A DNA stretch of 64,000 nt, taken from contig JBGAON010000003.1 in the NCBI GenBank assembly GCA_044221725.1, positions 352,001 through 416,000 of the forward strand, in the 5' to 3' direction. Origin of the DNA: Elusimicrobiota bacterium. GTDB taxonomy: Bacteria > Elusimicrobiota > Elusimicrobia > F11. Below, piece after piece: positions 19,960 through 27,388 of the stretch. The position numbers were made by a program, and so were the translations under genes. Numbering within the stretch: the stretch's first letter is position 1; each line of letters opens with the position of its first letter. The notes beneath the pieces are model-generated. The model was not told the DNA's origin, made no database searches, and worked only from the letters and a program-made list of their open reading frames with translations.

Positions 19960-21111
19960 ATGGCGTCCGAAAACAGTCTTCTCTTCCTTTATATGGCTGC
20001 GGGCACGGGCCATCAGAAAGCGGCCGAAGCTATTATGGAGGCCGCATCGCGCATGGATCCGCGCATGCAGTACACCAATATCAACGTAGGCATGCACACG
20101 TTCCCCATCATCGGCACGATGGTTAACCGCATGTATTTGCAGATGCTGAAAAGCGCGCCGTTCATCTGGGAGTATCTTTATGACAATCCCGAAGTTGAAG
20201 AAGCCACGCGCGACGCGCGCGAGCTGTTGCGGCTCGCGGGTTCGCTCAAAATAAAACGCATGCTGAAAAAGTATCGGCCATCGGCGGTGGTGTGCACGCA
20301 AGCGATGCCCGCGATCTCGATGTCTGCCGAAAAGCGCGCCGGGCGTTTAAAAGTCCCGCTCATCTGCGTCGTTACAGATTTCGGAGTTCACACTTATTGG
20401 TTGCACGAAGAAGTGGATCTTTATTTGGTGGGGCACGACGACGTGAAACGCGAAATGGTGCAGCGTGGAATTTCGGCTGATCGCATTCGCGTCACTGGAA
20501 TTCCGATCATGCCGAAGTTTGGAGAATCGGCGAACCAAGCGGAGGTTCGCCAGAAATTACGTCTTCATCCAAACAAAAAAACGTTGCTGCTCATGGGTGG
20601 CGGGCACGGCCTCGGCCCTATTGATGAGATTGTTGAAGCGGTTTCAAATATTCCGGTGAACATTCAAACGATCGTCGTTTGCGGTCGCAACCGCCGCACC
20701 TACAAGAAAATAATCAAGGCGACCCGTAACGACCCGGATTTCCATGTCTTCGGTTATGTGAAAGACACCTCTCAACTAATGAGCGCCGCCGACATTTTAA
20801 TCACGAAGCCCGGCGGCTTGACCTGTTCCGAAGCGCTTGCCAAGCAATTGCCGATGATTTTGACGAGCCCGATTCCGGGTCAAGAAGAACGCAATGTTCG
20901 GTTCTTAACGCGTTACAAAGTCGCCAAGCTGGCGCACTCGCCAGAAGATTTGCAAATTCTGCTTCTCGATTTGTTTCGTCATCCAAAAAAAATTGAATCG
21001 ATGCGTCAGCGCGCGAAGTTGGTTGCGAAGCCGCACGCTGCGTGGGAAGCATCGCGCTTGATGTTCGATTTGATTCATCGCCGCGGTTCGTTCGCCCATC
21101 CGATTTCCTAA
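19960..21111 (+). CDS. Diacylglycerol glycosyltransferase (MGDG synthase/UgtP-like, GT28)
   Basis: GTGHQKAA, VVTDFGVHTYW, ITKPGGLT.SEA, PIPGQEERN. Confidence 0.92.
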   Translation: MASENSLLFLYMAAGTGHQKAAEAIMEAASRMDPRMQYTNINVGMHTFPIIGTMVNRMYLQMLKSAPFIWEYLYDNPEVEEATRDARELLRLAGSLKIKRMLKKYRPSAVVCTQAMPAISMSAEKRAGRLKVPLICVVTDFGVHTYWLHEEVDLYLVGHDDVKREMVQRGISADRIRVTGIPIMPKFGESANQAEVRQKLRLHPNKKTLLLMGGGHGLGPIDEIVEAVSNIPVNIQTIVVCGRNRRTYKKIIKATRNDPDFHVFGYVKDTSQLMSAADILITKPGGLTCSEALAKQLPMILTSPIPGQEERNVRFLTRYKVAKLAHSPEDLQILLLDLFRHPKKIESMRQRAKLVAKPHAAWEASRLMFDLIHRRGSFAHPIS

Positions 21112-21114
21112 TCA

Positions 21115-21981
21115 ATGCGCTTTTTTTTCTGGGATACATTTCAGACGCTCGCTGCCAATATTTTTGAAATGCTGGCTTGGTTTTGTGGGCGTCTTCCAAA
21201 GCGATTGAAATATTTTTTCGTTGGGTGGCTCGGTTTTGCCTTCGGCGTGTTAGCGCGCAACATGCGGAAATCTCTCCAAGAAAATTTGCACGTGATCTTT
21301 GAAATGGAAAAAGGGGAATTGGGCTCGCTTTCAAACACAATCTTTCGAAATTTCGCGTGGACCATGTGTGATTTCTTTTTGCCCGACGGCATTGAAGTTG
21401 AAGTGGACCCGTCCGACCGTGCAAAGGTGGAGCTCTTGCGAAAAACATATCCGGGTGTACTGGTGCTTACGTTCCATCTTGGGCATTGGGAGCTGGGCGC
21501 GCGCACGATGCAAAGCTGGGGTTGGCCCGTGACCGCCGTGTATCAACCGTACAGCAACAAAAAATTTAAAGAGGTCATCGAAGCCCGACGTGCGCCCGGT
21601 GTGAATTTTCTCCCGGTGGGAGGAACCGCGGCCACCGGCGTGCGCGACGCCTTACGGCGCGGCGACGTAGTCGCGATGCTCGGCGATCACATGTTTGGTG
21701 AAGATGGTGCGGAAGTGCAATTGCTGGGCCAAAAGGTTATGTGGCCAAAAGGTCCGGTGGTGCTCGCCGTGCGCGAACAATGCCCGATTGTTATTGCTGT
21801 TGTGGTGCGAACCGAGCTCGGCAAATACAAAGCCTTCGTCGAAGATCCGATGATTCCTCAGTCGAAAAGTCGCGCTGAGGTGCAAAGATTGGTGCAAGAA
21901 GTGGCCGACAAATTTGGTAAGTTCCTCCCGCATTATCCTTCCCAGTGGTACCGATTCCGAAGATTTGATTTCGTGAAATAA
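21115..21981 (+). CDS. Lipid A lauroyltransferase/PatA-like acyltransferase
   Basis: HLGHWE, VAMLGD, YPSQWY. Confidence 0.88.
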   Translation: MRFFFWDTFQTLAANIFEMLAWFCGRLPKRLKYFFVGWLGFAFGVLARNMRKSLQENLHVIFEMEKGELGSLSNTIFRNFAWTMCDFFLPDGIEVEVDPSDRAKVELLRKTYPGVLVLTFHLGHWELGARTMQSWGWPVTAVYQPYSNKKFKEVIEARRAPGVNFLPVGGTAATGVRDALRRGDVVAMLGDHMFGEDGAEVQLLGQKVMWPKGPVVLAVREQCPIVIAVVVRTELGKYKAFVEDPMIPQSKSRAEVQRLVQEVADKFGKFLPHYPSQWYRFRRFDFVK

Positions 21982-22049
21982 TTGCGGCACGCGAGAACCC
22001 CAGATCCCAAAAACCGCTGACTTTTAAAGTCGTTTTTTGACTTTCTTAT

Positions 22050-22093
22050 TGTCCAGGCAATTGTCTTGACAATTGTCTGGACATACTTATAAT
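22050..22093 (+). promoter_or_regulatory. TA promoter with a 34-bp palindromic operator
   Basis: TGTCCAGGCAATTGTCTTGACAATTGTCTGGACA (22050-22083) contains TTGACA 22066-22071; TATAAT at 22088-22093. Confidence 0.8.
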
Positions 22094-22099
22094 TATCCT

Positions 22100-22483
22100 A
22101 TGAAACAAGGAAATTTGGCCTTCACATTAAACGAACCTCTCTCGGAACAAAATGCCGCCCAACATATGGGGGCGATCATTCGTGATTCCCATATTCCCGC
22201 CTATATGATTGCTCAGGGGCTTGGAATACCCGAGAAAAATCTCAGCCGCATCACAGGCCAACATCATAAACCTCGACGCGATACGTTGAAACAATTGGAA
22301 CGTGTCGAGAAAGTATTTCAAGAGGCGCTTCGAGTTCTTACTCCAAAGGGAGCATTTGAGTGGTTGCGGAAAGCGAATCCTTATTTAAACGATGTCGCTC
22401 CGATTCAGTGTTTGCGCTCGGAGAAAGAACTGGAAAAAGTATTGGGGCTTCTCGGCTCAATTAAATTCGGTTTTCCAGCTTGA
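22100..22483 (+). CDS. Antitoxin, Xre/MbcA/ParS (DUF2384) type
   Basis: HTH IAQGLGIPEKNLSR; C-terminal AFEWLRKANPYLNDVAPI. Confidence 0.85.
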   Translation: MKQGNLAFTLNEPLSEQNAAQHMGAIIRDSHIPAYMIAQGLGIPEKNLSRITGQHHKPRRDTLKQLERVEKVFQEALRVLTPKGAFEWLRKANPYLNDVAPIQCLRSEKELEKVLGLLGSIKFGFPA

Positions 22484-22992
22484 ACTTAGCGGCACTCGCC
22501 GACTTATATCCCGGTATCAAAAAACAGGGAACCGCTTTCCGAATGGTGAATGCGGAATTCGAATCCTCGATCGATGAAATTAGCCACTCAATGGTTTTCG
22601 GAGCTCGGTTCAACCCAAAAGGGGAATTCGGAGTGCTCTACTTATCGTTAAGTGTGGACTGCTGCTTCAAAGAGAAGATTAAACAGGTCGGAACAAAAAA
22701 TTATTTGAAAGCGCAGACAGTTGGCACGTTTGAATTCCGTTTTGAACGTTGCCTTGACTTAACAGAGAAAGCCAACCTCGTGAAACTAGAAATTGAAACC
22801 TCGAAGCTAGTTGTTCCAGACGATTTCAATGAACCTCAGATTCTCGCTCGTGAAACTCGAAGAGTGGGATTTGAAGCCATTGTGGCTCCATCGGCGGTGG
22901 GAGAAGAGTGCCGAAATATTGTTGTTTTCAAAGATAAGCTGGGTCGCAAATCGTTTTGCGAATTGAAGAATACAAAGCCCTATAAGTTTTAG
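22480..22992 (+). CDS. RES-domain toxin (NAD+ phosphorylase family)
   Basis: GARFNPKGEFGVLYLS..E, AIVAPSA, NIVVF; TTGA overlap with the antitoxin stop. Confidence 0.88.
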   Translation: MNLAALADLYPGIKKQGTAFRMVNAEFESSIDEISHSMVFGARFNPKGEFGVLYLSLSVDCCFKEKIKQVGTKNYLKAQTVGTFEFRFERCLDLTEKANLVKLEIETSKLVVPDDFNEPQILARETRRVGFEAIVAPSAVGEECRNIVVFKDKLGRKSFCELKNTKPYKF

Positions 22993-23041
22993 CGTGGAAC
23001 ATAATTTGATAAGTTTCGGGTCCTTCCTAGCCGTATTTCTC

Positions 23042-23115
23042 CGGGGTGTAGCTCAGTTGGCTAGAGCGCTTGGTTCGGGACCAAGAGGTCGCAGGTTCAA
23101 GTCCTGTCACCCCGA
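23042..23115 (+). tRNA. tRNA-Pro(CGG)
   Basis: Cloverleaf CGGGGTG/CACCCCG, anticodon arm CTTGG-TTCGGGA-CCAAG, T arm GCAGG-TTCAAGT-CCTGT; no encoded CCA. Confidence 0.97.
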
Positions 23116-23117
23116 TT

Positions 23118-23172
23118 CTCCTTCGTTAAAACTACGGAGGATTTTGCCCCCCGTAGCTTCAGCGAAGGAGGG
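23118..23172. repeat. Inverted doublet of the GTAGC/GAAGG repeat between direct repeats of the tRNA 3' end
   Basis: CTCCTTCGTTAAAACTACGGAGG...CCCCCCGTAGCTTCAGCGAAGGAG; CTGTCACCCCGATTCT at 23104-23119 and 23173-23188. Confidence 0.8.
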
Positions 23173-23226
23173 CTGTCACCCCGATTCTTTTGAGTTTTTT
23201 AAATTCTTTGTTACACTCCGCCAACG

Positions 23227-24057
23227 ATGAAAGATAGTTTGGATCCCGTCACACTTTACTTTCAGGGCATAAAGAACCTCCCACCTATTTCCAAAGAGGA
23301 CTTTGAAGATCTTTGGAAGCGCGCCGGAAAAAACGACAAGGTCGCGAAGAAACGCCTCATCGAAGGCAACCTGCGTCTCGTTATTCCGATTGCAAAAAAA
23401 TATTACCGCCCTGGCATCGACTTCCTCGATTTGATTGAAGAAGGGAACTTGGGCCTCATGCACGCGGTCGACAAATTTGATTACACGCGCGGTTTTCGTT
23501 TCTCTACGTACGCCGCGTACTGGATCGAACAATCGGTCCGCCGCGCGATCGATGAACAATCAAAAACAATTCGTATTCCTCCGCACGCTTGGGAAGCGCT
23601 ACGAAAATGGCTCAAGCAGTGGGACCAATTGCACGGAGCGTTTGGACGTGATCCCACGTTGGGCGAGATGGCGAAAAAACTTCATTTGTCGGCGCGTCAG
23701 ATTCGCGGTGTGTTGGATGCTGCGGAAGCCGCGCGCGGTCTCGAAAGTTTGGACACGCCGCTCGATGACGACGAAGATTTATTTGTTAAAGATGTGGTCG
23801 CCGAATCGAGCGAACATTCGCCGGACAACATTTTGTCCGAGTTGCGCATGAAAGACGAAATGGACAAAGCGCTCGGCAAAGTGGGCGAACGCGAACGACA
23901 AATTTTGGAAATGCGGTTTGGTCTGAACGGATCGGAGCGCATGACGTTGGAAACCGTTGGCCGCAAGCTTCGGCTTTCCCGTGAACGCGTGCGACAACTC
24001 GAAGAACGAGGCCTTCAGCGTTTGCGCCGCGCGGCGCAGCGTATGGGCCTCATATGA
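23227..24057 (+). CDS. RNA polymerase sigma70 factor lacking region 1.1 (RpoS/group-2-like)
   Basis: DPVTLYF, NLRLVIPIAKKY, DLIEEGNLGL, FSTYAAYWI, SRERVRQLE. Confidence 0.9.
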   Translation: MKDSLDPVTLYFQGIKNLPPISKEDFEDLWKRAGKNDKVAKKRLIEGNLRLVIPIAKKYYRPGIDFLDLIEEGNLGLMHAVDKFDYTRGFRFSTYAAYWIEQSVRRAIDEQSKTIRIPPHAWEALRKWLKQWDQLHGAFGRDPTLGEMAKKLHLSARQIRGVLDAAEAARGLESLDTPLDDDEDLFVKDVVAESSEHSPDNILSELRMKDEMDKALGKVGERERQILEMRFGLNGSERMTLETVGRKLRLSRERVRQLEERGLQRLRRAAQRMGLI

Positions 24058-24587
24058 CGCCGCAAGCCATCTCCGAAAACCTCAAACAATACATTCGCAC
24101 GATTCCTGATTTTCCGAAAAAAGGAATTCTATTCCGAGATATCACCACACTTCTCTCCGACGCCAACGCATTTCGTATCGCTATCGATCAGTTGGTCGAG
24201 CCGTATAAAGACAAAGGAATTGAAAAAGTCGTTGGTATCGAGTCGCGCGGATTTTTAGCAGCGGCACCGCTTGCGTATCATCTGAAAGCTGGTTTCGTTC
24301 CAGTTCGCAAGCGCGGAAAACTTCCTCACAAAACCCAGTCGGTAACCTACGAATTGGAATATGGCGTTGATACGCTAGAGATTCACGACGATGCCGTGAA
24401 GAAAGGGGAAAAAGTTCTTATCGCCGACGACTTGCTCGCCACCGGCGGAACCGCGAAAGCCACCTGCGACCTCATCGAAAAAAGCGGCGGAATTGTTTCC
24501 GGCGTTGCCTTCCTCATCGAATTGGCTGCGCTTAATGGGCGCGAGAAGCTAAAAGCCCACAGCGTGTTCTCGCTGATCCAATATTAA
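24054..24587 (+). CDS. apt: Adenine phosphoribosyltransferase
   Basis: PDFPKKGILFRDITT, GIESRGF, DDLLATGGT. Confidence 0.97.
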   Translation: MTPQAISENLKQYIRTIPDFPKKGILFRDITTLLSDANAFRIAIDQLVEPYKDKGIEKVVGIESRGFLAAAPLAYHLKAGFVPVRKRGKLPHKTQSVTYELEYGVDTLEIHDDAVKKGEKVLIADDLLATGGTAKATCDLIEKSGGIVSGVAFLIELAALNGREKLKAHSVFSLIQY

Positions 24588-24620
24588 GTCGTCTACTATT
24601 GTTCGGTATTCGCTGGTTTT

Positions 24621-25079
24621 TTAGCGACGGACAAAGTTGTTCGCGAAAGTGGCGAGGCTCCAGGTAAGAAAAACAAAACGTTCCGCTTTCACGCTCGTAC
24701 GCAACAAGCGAAAATAACTATTGCCCGCGAACAGGCCGATCAGCGAACCTACAAAAATTCCGACGGCCAATTGTCCGATTGGCATGACGACGTGGCCATC
24801 GGGGCTGACGGCCGGCCAAACGCGCATAACAATCGCGAGCGTGAGCGCGTAACTCGCAATCGTTATCGCAATCCATACAATTGCTTTCACAAAAAAATCC
24901 AACGGCGCCTGTTTTGTTGCAAAGAGGCTAAACACGAGGGCAATCACCGGCAAAGCGGCAAGAATCACCTGCGCATCTTGTTTGAGTTGGCGCGCAACAA
25001 ACAAATGAATCAAAACCATTACCGACAAGAAACACACTTGTGAGAATTGACCTTTTGGCGATACGCTGACGTCCTTCAT
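24621..25079 (-). CDS. Hypothetical membrane protein
   Basis: Several hydrophobic segments; GGAGG RBS upstream. Confidence 0.6.
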   Translation of the reverse strand: MKDVSVSPKGQFSQVCFLSVMVLIHLFVARQLKQDAQVILAALPVIALVFSLFATKQAPLDFFVKAIVWIAITIASYALTLAIVMRVWPAVSPDGHVVMPIGQLAVGIFVGSLIGLFAGNSYFRLLRTSVKAERFVFLTWSLATFANNFVRR

Positions 25080-25132
25080 AAATTTCCTCCGGATTGAGTT
25101 CCTTTTTTAGATCCTGACAAACATCATTTTGA

Positions 25133-25160
25133 TTGCCAAGCCATACTTCTTCAATGTACT
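25133..25160 (+). repeat. Promoter-like direct repeat, copy 1
   Basis: TTGCCAAGCCATACTTCTTCAATGTACT; 26/28 identical to 26472-26499. Confidence 0.8.
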
Positions 25161-25170
25161 TTAGAGACCA

Positions 25171-26463
25171 ATGAGAACAAACAGTTCACCGCGCGTTAAA
25201 TGCGTGGGCGTTTTTTTGGTGATGGCGGTGGCTCGAGGAATCGCATTTTCTTCCTGCGATTTGGGGCCCAACTTAATCGTTCCGGAAAGGTTCATCGTGA
25301 AATTGGAACCGCGGTCCGTTTCCGGTAATAAAAAAGAATCTCTCTCCTATTCGTGGGTGCAAATTTTTGGCCCTGAAGTGACCATCGATAAACCGCATTC
25401 GCTTGTGGCCAGTGTTACAGCGCCCAAGCTCTCTTCGAACGAACCGTTGTTGCTCGGTTTCTCGTTTCATGCGGACGCAGGCCATCGCGATGTGTGCGGC
25501 GAGCGCACCTGGGTAATGGTGGAGCACGTGAACTCGGCGCCTGTTCCTTCGGCGGGGAAATCCATTGCGGCGGACGAATTCAACGTCGTGTCATTGGATG
25601 CCGGCCAATCGAAAGACGCGGACCACGATCCACTTCAATTTGTTTGGTGCCAAACCAAAGGCGACCGGGTTCAATTGAGCAACCCTCTGAACAGCTCGGC
25701 GCTTTTCACGATGCCTCAGATGAGTATCGATCGTCGAGGCGTTGTCGCTACGTTTCAAGTATGGGTGAGTGATGGGTATTCCGACTGGACGCCCGCCGAC
25801 GTAAATGTTTCGTACACCGCGTTCCATCAATTTTCAAAATCAAAATCGGATGAGCCCCCGCAATCGCTCGCGGATCAACAAAACGATCGCGCCTATAGCG
25901 ATAATATTGAAAAGGGTGTGAGCAAAGCTGTCGATCAAGAAATGCTGAGTCTTCGAGAAGCGGTGGCCGGAAAAAATTTGGCGCTGGCTCGAGCGAAGCT
26001 TGAGAAGATTCTCGTGATGAACCCCAAATACGTGAATGCGGTGCAAATGTTTATCGCCGCGGACAGAGAAGCGTTCAAAAAAGTTTTATCGATTTTGCAG
26101 GGTGGAAAGGATCTGTTCCAACGCCGCGACTATTTGAACAGTGTTCGAGAATTTCATCGGGTACGAGAGTCGGGTTCGCTTGCCGTCGTGGCCCAAGTGT
26201 ATATCAATGCGTGCTTGGAAGCGCTTGAGATGGAAGCGCGGGAAACGGGCGATTCGAACACCGACGCCAAGACGGTCGTCGTGCAATTAACACGCAACGA
26301 AGAGATCAGTCGCGATCTGTATCGCGAAGGGCTGCTCTATTATTCGAAAGGAGAACTGAACTTGGCGACCGCCAAGTGGCGGGAAGCGTTACACTTGAAC
26401 CGAAACAATTCTCTGGCGTTGTCAGCGTACAATCACGTGCTTGCAGAAACGGGCGCGAAGTGA
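25171..26463 (+). CDS. Secreted protein with PKD/REJ-like Ig domains and C-terminal TPRs
   Basis: Signal peptide; LSYSWVQIFGP, NSAPVPSAG, LDAGQSKDADHDPLQFVW; TPR-like YREGLLYYSKGELNLATAKWREAL. Confidence 0.7.
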   Translation: MRTNSSPRVKCVGVFLVMAVARGIAFSSCDLGPNLIVPERFIVKLEPRSVSGNKKESLSYSWVQIFGPEVTIDKPHSLVASVTAPKLSSNEPLLLGFSFHADAGHRDVCGERTWVMVEHVNSAPVPSAGKSIAADEFNVVSLDAGQSKDADHDPLQFVWCQTKGDRVQLSNPLNSSALFTMPQMSIDRRGVVATFQVWVSDGYSDWTPADVNVSYTAFHQFSKSKSDEPPQSLADQQNDRAYSDNIEKGVSKAVDQEMLSLREAVAGKNLALARAKLEKILVMNPKYVNAVQMFIAADREAFKKVLSILQGGKDLFQRRDYLNSVREFHRVRESGSLAVVAQVYINACLEALEMEARETGDSNTDAKTVVVQLTRNEEISRDLYREGLLYYSKGELNLATAKWREALHLNRNNSLALSAYNHVLAETGAK

Positions 26464-26471
26464 CATTTGGG

Positions 26472-26499
26472 TTGCCAAGCCGCACTTCTTCAATGTACT
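26472..26499 (+). repeat. Promoter-like direct repeat, copy 2 (likely tRNA-Arg promoter)
   Basis: TTGCCAAGCCGCACTTCTTCAATGTACT. Confidence 0.8.
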
Positions 26500-26561
26500 C
26501 TCATTATTATATGGCGACATCAACCCGGAAAATTTTTGCTCGTATCGAGCGAAGTCGAAGT

Positions 26562-26634
26562 GCCCCCGTAGCTCAATTGGAAGAGCGGCTCCGTCCTAAG
26601 GAGATGGTTGGTGGTTCGATTCCGCCCGGGGGTG
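26562..26634 (+). tRNA. tRNA-Arg(CCT)
   Basis: GCCCCCG/CGGGGGT acceptor, D arm GCTC/GAGC, anticodon loop GTCCTAA, T arm GGTGG-TTCGATT-CCGCC. Confidence 0.92.
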
Positions 26635-26638
26635 ATCA

Positions 26639-27295
26639 ATGAGCACGCGTTCCGATCTCAAAGAAAATATTCTCGCCACAAAAGTGGAAGGTGTGCTCGC
26701 ATGGGTGCTCACGAACCGCGTTCCTGTTATTGCAACGGCGGCCGTCGCAGCGCTTGTTCTTCTTTTTGGAAGCGTGGTCGTTTTGCGGAACCGAGAAAGG
26801 CGCGAAATCAACATTACGCGCATGGCGCTCGCACAATCTTTTCTTATGCAGCATCAATACGACCGCGCCTATCAGGCTTTCGAAGAATTAAAACCAACCG
26901 TTAGCGATAACAACTTGTTGGCGCAGGCGTTGTACTACCAGGGCGCGTCGGCGCTCGGTCTTAAGAAATTCGACGACGCCGAAAAACTTTTTTCCGAAGC
27001 GGTTGATCGCAGCGCTAAGTCGCCGCTGAAGCCGTTGGCGTTATCCAATATGGGATTTGCCCAAGAATCAAAAAAGAATTATGAGGCCGCCGCCCAAACA
27101 TACGAACGTTTCATGTCGGAGTTTGGCGAGCATTTTCTTGCGGCGCGCGTGCAGCTGAATCTCGGTCGCGCGTTGGCCGCCGCCAACAAAATTGACGACG
27201 CCAAAAAAGCGCTCGGCCACCTTATCGATCTCTATCCAACCTCGCACTGGGCTGAAAACGCGCGGTCAATTATGGACAAATTAAAAACTCGGTGA
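26639..27295 (+). CDS. Membrane-anchored TPR protein (YfgM-like)
   Basis: Single N-terminal TM followed by TPR repeats. Confidence 0.8.
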   Translation: MSTRSDLKENILATKVEGVLAWVLTNRVPVIATAAVAALVLLFGSVVVLRNRERREINITRMALAQSFLMQHQYDRAYQAFEELKPTVSDNNLLAQALYYQGASALGLKKFDDAEKLFSEAVDRSAKSPLKPLALSNMGFAQESKKNYEAAAQTYERFMSEFGEHFLAARVQLNLGRALAAANKIDDAKKALGHLIDLYPTSHWAENARSIMDKLKTR

Positions 27296-27388
27296 TACAA
27301 TCCGCGCACTTTGCCTTTCACATTTTTTCTGATTCACGGTATTTTGAATAGCAGCACAAATCAAAACTCCTAAGGGGGAATCACAAAG

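Noticed and set aside
23104..23188. CRISPR-like repeat-spacer-repeat
   Set aside because: Only two 16-bp copies, the repeat is the tRNA 3' end, the spacer is palindromic, and there are no cas genes
22994..23230. 78-aa ORF
   Set aside because: It overlaps tRNA-Pro and the palindromic repeats, so it is a translation of non-coding sequence
26376..26642. 88-aa ORF
   Set aside because: It spans the tRNA-Arg gene and its promoter
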